A stretch of DNA of 64,000 nucleotides from Bugula neritina. Lineage: Eukaryota > Animalia > Bryozoa. The stretch is from positions 17,233,781 through 17,297,780 of the forward strand of contig OZ037767.1 in assembly GCA_964035545.1 (NCBI GenBank), in the 5' to 3' direction. Numbering within the stretch: the first letter of the stretch is position 1; each line of letters opens with the position of its first letter. Below, piece by piece: positions 27,948-40,826 of this stretch. Made by a program: the position numbers and the translations under genes. The notes under the pieces were generated by a model that did not search any database, had not been told where the DNA came from, and worked only from the letters and a program-made list of their open reading frames with translations.

Positions 27948-28789
27948 AGCATTGAGTCAACTTTTTCACCATCAACATTTTCATCTATCTTAACCTTCCT
28001 TTCAGCTTGATGTGAACACCAGGTCATTGCTAGCTTCTCAACTATAAATCTAGATGTGCTGGACTTTTACCTACCGCGCATATACCCACTACACAACCGC
28101 CAACTACAAAACTACCCACCAACTACAAAACTACCCACCAACTACTAAACCACTTATTATTTGCCTACCATTTACCCACCAACTACTAGAATACCTACCA
28201 ACTACTAGACTACCTACCATGGTGCGACTTAATAACTTTTATAAAATTATATTGCGAATAAAAAGTTATAAATATATAAATTATTTTTATATTCTCTAAT
28301 ATTTACATTATTCTAATACTCTTTAAGGCTTATATATCAATGTATCTAATTTGTTATTCTAGAAGTTTGAAGATATGAATAAATATTTGAGTAACATTTA
28401 TCTAGTCTAATAAACTGTTTAGTGTCATATTCTGAGACTTGGTCTCAGGGAGATCATGGCGCTGAGACACTCTGTAGTGGACACATGGTCTATTTATTGA
28501 CTAGGAAAGGCAGGTGGTTGACAGGAGCTTTAAGTTATCTCTCCTGTATATATTATATGACATTTGTTTCAACTTTATGCAGCTCTACTGACAGCCAACT
28601 GTGAAACTCATATGAACCTCAGAGCTTATATATGACAGAAAAATGCGTTAATACTTTGTGTGTGAAATCTCTTTGGGCTACAGATTGGAAGATAAATACA
28701 AGTACAGTTGAGTAACAGATTAGTTTATATTTAAAGTATTTCAAGCAAAGTGAGAAAACAAGATACTCAAATTATAATAATGAAACAAA

Positions 28790-29400
28790 GTAAATGTAGT
28801 AATATAAATATATATGATAAATGAAGAATATAAACACATATGATAAAGGAGTAATATAAACATATAATATGATGAATGGGTAATTATATAAAAATATATC
28901 ATAAAGGAGTAATATGGATATATATGATGAATGAACAACATAAACGTATATGATAAAGGAGTAATATAAACATATATGATAAATGAGTAATATAAACATA
29001 TATGATAAAGGAGTAATATGAATATATATGATAAAGGAGGAATATAAACATATATGATAAATGAGTAATATAAACATATATGATAAAGGAGTAATATGAA
29101 TATATATGATAAAGAAGGAATATAAACATATATGATAAATGAACAACATAAACGTATATGGTAAAAGAGTAATATAAACATATATGATAAATATAGTAAT
29201 ATAAACAGATATGATGAATGAGTAATATAATTATATAAACATATATGATAAAGGAGTAATATGGATATATATGATAAATGAGTAATATAAACACATATGA
29301 TAAATGAGTAATATAAACACATATGATAAATGAGTAATATAAACATATATGATAAAGGAGTAATATAAACATATATGATAAAGAAGTAATATAAACACAC
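28790..29400. repeat. 26-bp AT-rich minisatellite (ATAAAGGAGTAATATAAACATATATG); paralogous arrays at 49900-50245 and 57990-58500
   Basis: Tandem copies 3' of each gene copy; source of the Y/I/L-rich spurious ORFs. Confidence 0.92.
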
Positions 29401-29731
29401 TTGAAATAAACTTTGCTTTAAATTTTGTGTTGTCAAAAACAGTAAAAAGAATAGATAGCAACAAACATCTGAAAGGATGCCCCAGCTGTCAATATCATGT
29501 GATCATACAGTAAAACATGCTGAAATAAATTGAATAATATAAATACTTCATTTCATAACTGGAATACAGACATTAGGATGCAGCAATTTTGTTCATGTAA
29601 ATTCTGCAAACATTTACTTCTGGATTCATAAATGTCGTAAGGAAACGGTTTCGTTATAAATTAGATATTTTGATGAGTTTTGAACAAATAAAGATAGTCT
29701 GCGTATACGTCAATAGTTCACAATTCTCCCA

Positions 29732-32700
29732 TTACTTCTTCATTCCAAATATGGTAAGTCTTCCAGCTTTGGCTGCTTCTTTAACTTTAGACCAATCAGT
29801 GAGCTCTTCACACTGAGATCCAAGTGCAGACAACCCTCCTTTCTTTGAACTGTCCATCCAGTTTCCAACAACCTGTATAAAGTGTCAACAAGGTGTCAAT
29901 ATAACACCATAGTGTCTGCATCGTACAAGAGAAAGAAAATACAACAATTACGGTGTGAAAAAACGTTTACTAGAATAAAGATACTCAGATATAAACTCAC
30001 ACACATAATCTACATGATAAACTGATAGCCATGTATAACAAAGGGAACACAACTCTTAACACAATACATAAAATGGAGTACAAGACGCAACCTCATCTAA
30101 CTTGTCTTTATCCAGTACACTCAGATAGTAGATGTATCTGAATCTATCAATAGTTTTACGACATTTTCCTGTTGGTTTAAGAGCATCATGTATAGACTTG
30201 GCTCTCTTACTAGTAAGTTGTTTATGTACATATTCCATCAACTGTATAGCCTGTTCTGGTGTTTGTACTGCAAGGAACACAGGGTGAAATACAAATATTA
30301 ACAATGCAATATATGCTGGTGGCAATTGGTATTTGTGTAGCAGCATAGAAAATCATGTCTCAATATATAAAAAGAAATTCAGACAATACAATTACTGTTG
30401 ATGACGGAATGTGTGGGTAGACTGTAATACACTATTGAGAGGTGTCTCACCATATTGGAAACTAGTTGCTACATTAGAAGTGGAGGGTGTATTGTTAAGA
30501 GCCGGAGTATCACAGATTCTCTCTGAAATCATAGCAGAATAAGAGTTTGACACTGGAATCACAGAACTTTGTATGATTTTGCTCCAGCTGTTTTAGTTTG
30601 TCAACAGTTAGACATTTTACATTTTTAGTTCTGGTAACATAACACAGCATGTCATGTGCTAGTTAGAATATGAACTACATGGAAATATGTTCCTGTAATA
30701 ACAATTATATATTGAATCCTAACTAACTATAGGCGTACTGACATAGCTGTGTATGAATCCCATCACTAAATCCCTGAATATCTTTACATGTATATATAAT
30801 ATTATTCCAGAAGTTGTGTAATTACTAACTCATTACTTTAACCAACCTGTTACTAGAGTTCTTTGATCTCCAACAACTACAGAGAATGGAATATCCACTT
30901 CACCAAGCATGATTGAGTCAGTGTACTCAGAAAGTTCTAGAATAATAATCACAATGAGTTTATAACTGAGAGAGAGATGATGTATAATATAATAGCATAT
31001 GATGAATAGCACATAACAGATAGTTGAAGATATGTATATCCAGGTTTAGTAAGACTTTACCATCATTTAGAACAAGACAGGTGACTCTAGGCCCACATTC
31101 CTTTCCAATCAGAAGGAGAAAACTCTCAATAGTCATGTCATCTCTGAATGGGAATATCTTGTTCCCAGATTTGATTTTCAAAGTGAGTTTATTGTATCTA
31201 ACAGCACCTGTACCAGTCATATGAAACAGAATTATAACTAAGTTCAGTAGAGTAAAGAAATAACAATAATAGAAAAGTAATCAATCAAATGAAGTCACTC
31301 GCATTGAGTTGTGACGTCAGGTATAATCTGCTCAGGTGTGACATCCATATCCTGAAGTAGTCCCACAGTCTCGGGTACTTCCTGTGATGAAGGCTCTGTA
31401 CTAACTAGTGTTTCAGTATCTTGTACATGTGGTGGTTCAGAATACTCAGTGGTCATAGGAAAGTCAGCATTGCCAGCATCTGTATCACCATAATAGATGT
31501 CAATGACAATATAACATTAACTGTTTTAGGATTATCTCCATATGTTTTGTTTTGTAATTGAAATTGGAAGTTGTATGAAACACATGGGATGTTTATGACA
31601 ATGCAATAGCTATTTCATTCGCTGCTCTTTGACCCTATAGACAATATTTTAATGATTTATTCCAGAAGATAAAATATAACATACCCGAGCTTCTAGAGAC
31701 TTTGGATGTTGAGGGGAATACATCATTATAGAGTGGTCTTTTACTTCCAGATGGTGTGTCTGACTTGTTACTCAGTGTAGTACCTCGAACAGATGAAGTG
31801 CTTTCTTGTGATGGAGGTACTGAACTACTGCTCTCATTGGCTGTGGTATGGGATGTCAAGGTCACTGGTACAGATGTCAGAGAAGATACATTCTCACTAA
31901 AAGATGAGTCAGTGAGACCAAGCTGTGACACTGGATGATGAAACTGAGAGTTGGAGTTCTGCCAATTGTTGAGTGTCGGATTAGCCTCTGGTAGAGCTGC
32001 TGGTTGCATATCTGTGTACTCCTTTGGTGTTGGTGTGGGCTGTGTTAGAAATGAGAAAGGTTTATTGCTTAGAAGTGGAGGATTGAAAGGTGAATGTTCT
32101 AGAGAATGGTGGAAGGTTGGAGCATTCTCTTGAGTAGATTGAGAGGGTAGACTGGTGTGGCTGGTTGGTGTTGGTGTCAACTGTGGAGTAGATGATGTGA
32201 GTTGGATTGGTTGCGTGGTGGAATAGTTTGACAGACTCAGCTGTGGTGGAACTTGCAGGCTACTTTGTATTGGTATAGTCAAGTCGAGAAAAGATGGTTG
32301 AAGATCCAAAGGAAGTGGATTGTGCTGGTCAGTTACTGGTTGAGGTGTGGACCGTCTGGAAGGTTCTAAAGAGCCAGACTCAGCAGGCAGCGGTTGATTG
32401 TAGATGAGGCTGTTGTTTTCCAATAAGCTGTTAGCTTCTTGAATCTCTAAAATATAAAACACGTTGCATTTCCCGAGGTTATTTTAAAGGCTGTGAGTAA
32501 CTACAAGCATTTTTTTTCTCCAAGACCATAATACCAAAATATAATATTAACAAACCAAATTTAAAATCTCTCAGCTAGCTCATACTCTATTAGCTGTATA
32601 GAACAAGTCATGCATGAGCACTGAGATAAAATTATATTCTTATTATCTGTCATTTATGATTAGCAATTAGTAATTATTTTTTTTATTCATGATTCGCTTA

Positions 32701-35700
32701 AAAGTTCATAATTATAATTGGTGAAAAAGTGAACAATTGTTACAATTAGTTTGCATTCTTTGAAACTGGTCATTATTAGCTATTATTAATGAGTTAGACT
32801 GGTAAAACTGGTGAGAGAAGACAACTATACTGACAATATATCTGATGAATAAATATTTATATGCAGTATATAACAAATGACACTGTCACTGACACTGTTA
32901 ATATATCATTATGTTACAATGAGCCATTGGTGAGCATAGATGTACAGCTATGAAAAACTCACTAGGTAGAGGGAAATATCACAGTAAAAAAAACTAGACA
33001 TTCATCAGCTAAAAATATTTTTTATTGTCTAGATTTTCTGCCATAAAATTGTCTGTAAAACACATTAATGTAAATCTGAAAAGTTGAACTCACTTTGAAC
33101 TCTGTGTTCTGCTTCATCCTGACACTGTTTAAGGTAAGACACGGTGTTTGTTTTCCCTCTTCTTTCTGCAACACTTAAAGGAGTCTCATTCTTTGTGTTG
33201 TGAGTTTGGAGTAGCTCTAGTTGCTGTTTAGCACTAAGTTTATCCATCAGTAGTTTGATTATTTGTGTGTCACCTCTCCATGCTGCATCATGTATAGCTG
33301 TATCACCACCCCTACTCTGTATCTTGAGTAGCTCCACCTTCTGATCTACTGACACACCATCTACTAGGTATTTGATCGTATCTGTGTGTCCCTTACATGC
33401 TGCACTGTGTATAGCTGTATAACCATAACTACCCTGTATCTTGAGTAGCTCCACCTTCTGATCTACTGATACACCATCTAGTAAATATTCGATAGTGTCT
33501 GTGTGACGTCCCTGTGCTGCACTGTGTACAGCTGTATCACCATCACTACTCTGTATCTTGAGTAGCTCCACCTTCTGATCTACTGATACACCATCTACTA
33601 GGTATTTGATAGTGTCTGTGTGACGTCCCCGTGCTGCACCGTGTATAGCTGTACTACCATAACTACTCTGTATCTTGAGTAGCTCTACCTTCTGATCTAC
33701 TGACACACCATCTACTAGGTATTTGATAGTGTCTGTGTGACCTTCCCATGCTGCACTGTGTATGGCTGTACTATCATAACTATTCTGTATCTTGAGTAGC
33801 TCCACCTTCTGATCTACTGATACACCATCTACTAGGTATTTGATAGTGTCTGTGTGACGTCCCCGTGCTGCACTGTGTACAGCTGTATCGCCATCACTAC
33901 TCTGTATCTTGAGTAGCTCCACCTTCTGATCTACTGATACACCATCTACTAGGTATTTGATAGTGTCTGTGTGACGTCCCCGTGCTGCACCGTGTATAGC
34001 TGTACTACCATAACTACTCTGTATCTTGAGTAGCTCTACCTTCTGATCTACTGACACACCATCTACTAGGTATTTGATAGTGTCTGTGTGACCTTCCCAT
34101 GCTGCACTGTGTATGGCTGTACTATCATAACTATTCTGTATCTTGAGTAGCTCTACCTTCTGATCTACTGATACACCATCTACTAGGTATTTGATAGTGT
34201 CCAAGTGACCTCCCCGTGCTGCCTCATGTATAGCTGTATCACCATTACTACTCTGTATCTTGAGTAACTCTACCTTCTGATCTACTGATACACCATCTAC
34301 TAGGTATTTGATAGTGTCTGTGTGACGTCCCCGTGCTGCACCGTGTATAGCTGTACTACCATAACTACTCTGTACCTTGAGTAGCTCCACCTTCTGATCT
34401 ACTGACACACCATCTACTAGGTATTTGATAGTGTCTGTGTGACCTCCCCATACTGCACTGTGTATGGCTGTACTATCATAACTATTCTGTATCTTGAGTA
34501 GCTCCACCTTCTGATCTACTGATACACCATCTAGTAGGTATTTGATAGTGTCCAAGTGACCTCCCCGTGCTGCACTGTGTACAGCTGTATCACCATCACT
34601 ACTCTGTATCTTGAGTAGCTCCACGTTCTGATCTACTGATACACCATCTACTAGGTATTTGATAGTGTCTGTGTGACGTCCCCGTGCTGCACCGTGTATA
34701 GCTGTACTACCATAACTACTCTGTATCTTGAGTAGCTCTACCTTCTGATCTACTGACACACCATCTACTAGGTATTTGATAGTGTCTGTGTGACCTTCCC
34801 ATGCTGCACTGTGTATGGCTGTACTATCATAACTATTCTGTATCTTGAGTAGCTCCACCTTCTGATCTACTGATACACCATCTACTAGGTATTTGATAGT
34901 GTCTGTGTGACGTCCCCGTGCTGCACTGTGTACAGCTGTATCGCCATCACTACTCTGTATCTTGAGTAGCTCCACCTTCTGATCTACTGATACACCATCT
35001 ACTAGGTATTTGATGGTGTCTGTGTGACGTCCCCATGCTGCACCGTGTATAGCTGTACTACCATAACTACTCTGTACCTTGAGTAGCTCCACCTTCTGAT
35101 CTACTGACACACCATCTACTAGGTATTTGATAGTGTCCAAGTGACCTCCCCATGCTGCACTGTGTATGGCTGTACTATCATAACTATTCTGTATCTTGAG
35201 TAGCTCTACCTTCTGATCTACTGATACACCATCTACTAGGTATTTGATAGTGTCCAAGTGACCTCCCCGTGCTGCCTCATGTATAGCTGTATCACCATTA
35301 CTACTCTGTATCTTGAGTAACTCTACCTTCTGATCTACTGATACACCATCTACTAGGTATTTGATAGTGTCTGTGTGACGTCCCCGTGCTGCACCGTGTA
35401 TAGCTGTACTACCATAACTACTCTGTACCTTGAGTAGCTCCACCTTCTGATCTACTGACACACCATCTACTAGGTATTTGATAGTGTCTGTGTGACCTCC
35501 CCATACTGCACTGTGTATGGCTGTACTATCATAACTATTCTGTATCTTGAGTAGCTCCACCTTCTGATCTACTGATACACCATCTAGTAGGTATTTGATA
35601 GTGTCCAAGTGACCTCCCCGTGCTGCACTGTGTACAGCTGTATCACCATTACTACTCTGTATCTTGAGTAGCTCTACCTTCTCATCTACTGATACGCCAT

Positions 35701-35902
35701 CTAATAGATCCTTGATAGTGTATTCGTGACCTTTCTCAGCTGCACTCTGTAGTGTCCCATTCTTACTCAACAGTCTACATCTCTCTTCTACTGATACATG
35801 TGGAAGACAAGAGTTTAAGGCTCTAGTAATGGTGGCCTCTGCAGACCGACCTCTTTCTATTTTAGATAATGTTTCTCGCAGCTGTCGTGTTTTATCAGAC
35901 AT
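29732..35902 (-). CDS. ankyrin-array protein copy A: ANK (21 x 39 aa + caps) - S/T/P linker - possible Ubl domain - CCDC106-like C-terminus; exons 35902-33094, 32446-31685, 31479-31303, 31207-31061, 30936-30847, 30522-30451, 30267-30092, 29872-29732 (~1457 aa)
   Basis: The 945-aa ORF has TAxHxAA..GH..TIKYL ankyrin motifs at a 117-bp period and a donor CAAA|GTGAGT just before its stop. Downstream exons are AG-bounded and join in phase (1,1,1,1,1,1,0) in all three copies. The exon-3 donor is GC in this copy. Confidence 0.8.
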
Positions 35903-36157
35903 TTAAATTTCTAAAATTATTATTTTAAAAGCATTACATACTATATATACTATATACACTATATATACTATATACTATAATATACTATATACTATATACT
36001 ATATACTATATACTATATACTACATACTTATATAATATACACTATACACTGCTACTATATATTATAAAACGGAAAACACTATAATTTCAATTAACTGAGT
36101 AGAATACAAGTATAGTTGTTGAGAACTTCAATAGTAAAGTTGAAAAACATGCTGTAT

Positions 36158-36783
36158 TGTAGTGGTTGGGGGAAGCATACCCCCCCCCCAGCTAAACATT
36201 GACTATATATAATATGATGCAACTAATGTCAAGGACGACAACTCCGCAAGCCACGCAGCAACTCCATGCGACGCCCTGCGCTACTCTTTACGGTGAACAC
36301 TGCCGGAACTTTACCCCATCTAATCAGAAGCAACTCTCTGTATATAAACTATACCTTCAGGCACCGCACTAGTCTTGGCAGTGACAGTTAGATAAATAGG
36401 TTAACTGTATGTATAGCAATTTCATGGATTATATTCCTTTTCTCTTTTATACTTATTCTTGATTTTATCGTGCGTAATTTCCTAACAATACAGTTCTCTT
36501 GTTAAACGATCAATTAGTCTGGTTCTGTTCTAGTGGCACGCTGAGAACTAAGCCTATAAAAATAGGCTATTAGACAGCTGCACTGTCATGTTACCAGGAG
36601 TTGCCCTATACCAGCCATTGTATAGCCGAGATAGCTGCAAGCTAACACAAATATAAACCCGGAAAAACATAGTGAATGCCCTCGTACATCTAGAAGCTTC
36701 GTACTGGTAAGACTTGATATCACGATATGGCGCAGTCAGCATTTTACCGAACTTACCAGTGAGAAACTCTTTCTGTCCTTACA
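36158..36783 (+). mobile_element. possible solo LTR (TGTAGT...CCTTACA, 626 bp); paralogous copy at 55127-55752
   Basis: TG...CA termini, internal (C/T)CAAT-like box then TATATAAA, GC-richer than its flanks; no TSD found. Confidence 0.35.
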
Positions 36784-36861
36784 ACTATAGACAGTGGATA
36801 AATACTCTCTTCAGTTTATCATAATCAGTTGCAAGTGCTTTGAATATAATACAATAATATA

Positions 36862-38293
36862 AATGTAGTGTAATGTAGTGTAACGTAGTGTAGTGTAGTG
36901 TAGTGTAGTGTAGTGTAGTGTAGTGTAGTGTAGTGTAGTGTATTGTAGTGTGGCGTGGTGTGGTGTGGTGTGGTGTGGTGTGGTGTGGTGTGGTGTAGTG
37001 TAGTGTAGTGTAGTGTAGTGTAGTGTAGGGTAGTGTCGTGTAGTGTAGTGTAGTGTAGTGTACGTAGTGTTGTGTAGTGTAGTGTAGTGTAGTGTAGCGT
37101 AGTGTAGTGTAATGTAGTGTAGTGTAGTGTAGTGTAGTGTAGTGTAGTGTAGTGTAGTGTATTGTAGTGTAGTGTAATGTAGTGTAGTGTAGTGTAACGT
37201 AGTGTAGTGTGGTGTAGTGTATTGTAGTGTAGTGTATTGTAGTGTGGTGTAGTGTAGTATGGTGTAGTGTAGTGTAGTGTAGTGTAGTGTAGTGTAGTGT
37301 AGTGTAGTGTAGTGTAGTGTAGTGTAGTGTAGTGTAATGTAGTGTAGTGTGGTGTAGTGTAGTGTAGTGTGGTGTGGTGTGGTGTAGTGTAGTGTAGTGT
37401 GGTGTAGTGTAGTGTGGTGTGGTGTGGTGTGGTGTAGGGTAGTGTCGTGTAGTGTAGTGTAGTGTAGTGTAGTGTCGTGTAGTGTGGTGTAGTTTAGTGT
37501 AGCGCGGTGTAGTGTAGTGTGGTGTGGTGTGGTGTGGTGTGGTGTGGTGTGGTGTGGTGTGGTGTAGTGTAGTGTAGTGTAGTGTAGTGTAGTGTAGTGT
37601 AGTGTAGTGTAGTGTAGTGTAGTGCAGTGTATTGTAGTGTAGTGTAGTGTAGTGTATTGTAGTGTAGTGTAGTGTATTGTAGTGTAGTGTAGTGTAGTGT
37701 CGTGTAGTGTGGTGTAGTTTAGTGTAGCGTGGTGTAGTGTGGTGTGGTGTGGTGTAGTGTAGTGTAGTGTAGTGTAGTGTAGTGTAGTGTAGTGTAGTGT
37801 AGTGTAGTGTAGTGTAGTGTAGTGTAGTGTAGTGTAGTGTAGTGTAGTGTAGTGTAGTGTAGTGTAGTGTAGTGTAGTGTAGTGTAGTGTCGTGTCGTGT
37901 CGTGTCGTGTCGTGTCGTGTCGTGTCGTGTCGTGTCGTGTCGTGTCGTGTCGTGTCGTGTCGTGTCGTGTCGTGTCGTGTCGTGTCGTGTCGTGTCGTGT
38001 CGTGTCGTGTCGTGTCGTGTCGTGTCGTGTCGTGTCGTGTCGTGTCGTGTCGTGTCGTGTCGTGTCGTGTCGTGTAGTGTAGTGTAGTGTAGTGTAGTGT
38101 AGTGTAGTGTAGTGTAGTGTAGTGTAGTGTAGTGTAGTGTAGTGTAGTGTAGTGTAGTGTAGTGTAGTGTAGTGTAGTGTAGTGTAGTGTAGTGTAGTGT
38201 AGTGCAGTGTATTGTAGTGTAGTGTAGTGTAGTGTAGTGTAGTGTATTGTAGTGTAGTGTATTGTAGTGTAGTGTGGTGTAGTGTAGTGTAGT
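36862..38293. repeat. (GTGTA)n pentanucleotide satellite with (GTGTG)n and (GTGTC)n blocks; shorter paralogue at 55832-56272
   Basis: Read directly; pure (GTGTC)n block at ~37887-38073. Confidence 0.98.
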
Positions 38294-38609
38294 CAGTAAA
38301 ATGTTTATGCATTTATTTTCAATGGACAAAGACAGCAACATGGGACTAACATTCACGGTGCTGATCTTTTTATTAGTATAGTAGTAGTGTACTAATATTA
38401 CTAGAGTTACTATATACACTACATACTATTTTATGTCATATTAACAAATTTACTAACTTCATATGGTAGTGACTATTCTATTATCATACTTGGTGGTTAG
38501 TTTGTCTGCAACTTTGGACACTGAAGTCCTAGAGTATCTCAATGAATAGTACGTATTTGTATTATGTAACTATAGTAAGTATAGTAGTAAATGTGAAAAA
38601 ATAACTCTA

Positions 38610-39492
38610 CTATACACTGATTATACTGATCATACTATACACTAAAGTATACTATACTATGCTATACACTGATTATACTGATCATACTATACACTAAAGT
38701 ATACTATACTATGCTATACACTGATTATACTGATCATACTATACACTAAAGTATACTATACTATCCTATACACTGATTATACTGATCATACTATACACTA
38801 AAGTATACTATACTATGCTATACACTGATTATACTGATCATACTATACACTAAAGTATACTATACTATGCTATACACTGATTATACTGATCATACTATAC
38901 ACTAAAGTATACTATACTATGCTATACACTGATTATACTGATCATACTATACACTAAAGTATACTATACTATGCTATACACTGATTATACTGATCATACT
39001 ATACACTAAAGTATACTATACTATGCTATACACTGATTATACTGATCATACTATACACTAAAGTATACTATACTATGCTATACACTGATTATACTGATCA
39101 TACTATACACTAAAGTATACTATACTATGCTATACACTGATTATACTGATCATACTATACACTAAAGTATACTATACTATGCTATACACTGATCTTACTG
39201 ATCATACTATACACTAAAGTATACTATACTATGCTATACACTGATTATACTGATCACACTATACACTAAAGTATACTATACTATGCTATACACTGATTAT
39301 ACTGATCATACTATACACTAAAGTATACTATACTATGCTATACACTGATTATACTGATCATACTATACACTAAAGTATACTATACTATGCTATACACTGA
39401 TTATACTGATCATACTATACACTAAAGTATACTATACTATGCTATACACTGATTATACTGATCATACTATACACTAAAGTATACTATACTAT
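38610..39492. repeat. 52-bp minisatellite (~17 units), continuing at 47761-47915 after the Gypsy insertion; uninterrupted paralogue at 63300-63555
   Basis: Unit TATACACTGATTATACTGATCATACTATACACTAAAGTATACTATACTATGC, period 52. Confidence 0.96.
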
Positions 39493-40826
39493 TGTTATAT
39501 TTTTCAGATTTAGGGTTTATATGCTATATCCAGAGAGTCTAATTACTTGCTATAGAACTGCACCAGGATAAGTCGAGTGAACGAGTATATATTTTACACA
39601 CAATAATACATTATAAAAACGATACAAACACATCTGACAATTTACACATCTAGTCTATTCAGCACTCTAACTTCGACTGAGTTAGCAGCGGGAAACTATA
39701 ATTGCTGCTAACTATTAAACATGCTAATTGGCTATCCATTGTTCCGGGTCAATTACGCGACCCTACATGTTGTGCTGCTGGTAGCTCCACGAGCCACCAC
39801 ACCGCCCCCACCAGCAGAAAGCCCTCTTTCTGATATATAAAAAAAACGTTCATTATTAACCACATACATCAGTAGACCAAAATAATACATAACACATATA
39901 AAGATACATAATAACAGACAGAGTCATTATAACAGCCGGTTACATACAATTGACCAGCTATAGAGGAGGAATACCGGCTAGTTGTAGTATTGGACAAGGA
40001 GTAGGCCTGTCGAGCAGTCAAGCATTTACATGACATCCTTGTTTCTTCCAAGAGGACGAAGTTGTGGATTATTCCGGGTAGCAGAACTAGAGTCCTTGTT
40101 GGGCACGCCGGTGCTTGGCTTGGCAGGTACGTACACAGGATAGTTAAGGGCAACCTTTTAGCTGCAACTGCCTTGATGAGGTTTGCATTGTAATCATATA
40201 AGAATTCAGTACCAGTAAAATAAAATCTCACCCAATTGTGCTAGAGTCAAAATTTAAAAACTATGTTGTAGATCTTCTTTTTCTCCAGTGCAAGTTTTTT
40301 GGAAATTTCAATTTTCATTTTTTTTGCAAAGTTATAGACAAAAAACTGCCCAATTTTGGCCAATTTTGCCTGAAAAGCTGACTTTTCAGTGCCAGTAAAA
40401 TATCTCAGCAGCAAAGCATGATATCTGAATAAAAATTGCACTGCTGGAATCCTGAGATATTTCTCCAGTGTAAGTTTTTTTCTTTTTCCAATAACTCTTC
40501 TAGATTGCCCATAAATTGGTGATTTATACACCGAAAATGCTATATTTTTTCACAGATAATTAGCAGTGCGCAGCACTTCACGCTTCAATGAGCACGTAGG
40601 GATGAGAAGATATTGGCGCGTACATGCTAATTACAGGCTTGCTAGCTGGCAGGCTATAATGAATAGCTTGCTTTGTACTTTGTTTATGTAGCGCCTATAA
40701 TGGAATGTTGATAGATAATGCAGCCCTAATGCAGGTTGCTGCTTATTGGTTGTAGTTTGATCTTAGGCTAAACAATTGCAAGTAGGCAGCACGCATGCCA
40801 CCCGCAGAGCAATATTATTCAAGAAC

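Noticed and set aside
28741-29464. Hydrophobic Y/I/L ORFs (also 49841-50305 and 57961-58536)
   Set aside because: 26-bp AT-rich minisatellite, open in several frames.
31635-32462. Stand-alone Ser/Thr/Pro-rich (mucin-like) genes, also at 52475 and 60717
   Set aside because: Bounded by splice sites in phase with the neighbouring exons; better explained as exon 2 of the ankyrin-array genes.
33300-35660. CRISPR-like appearance (constant blocks alternating with variable blocks)
   Set aside because: In-frame 117-bp coding repeats of an ankyrin protein in a eukaryotic gene; the variable parts are related to each other and there are no cas genes.
36785-38419. 544-aa HYTTL-repeat ORF and the SCRVV ORFs
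   Set aside because: Translations of (GTGTA)n/(GTGTC)n microsatellite.
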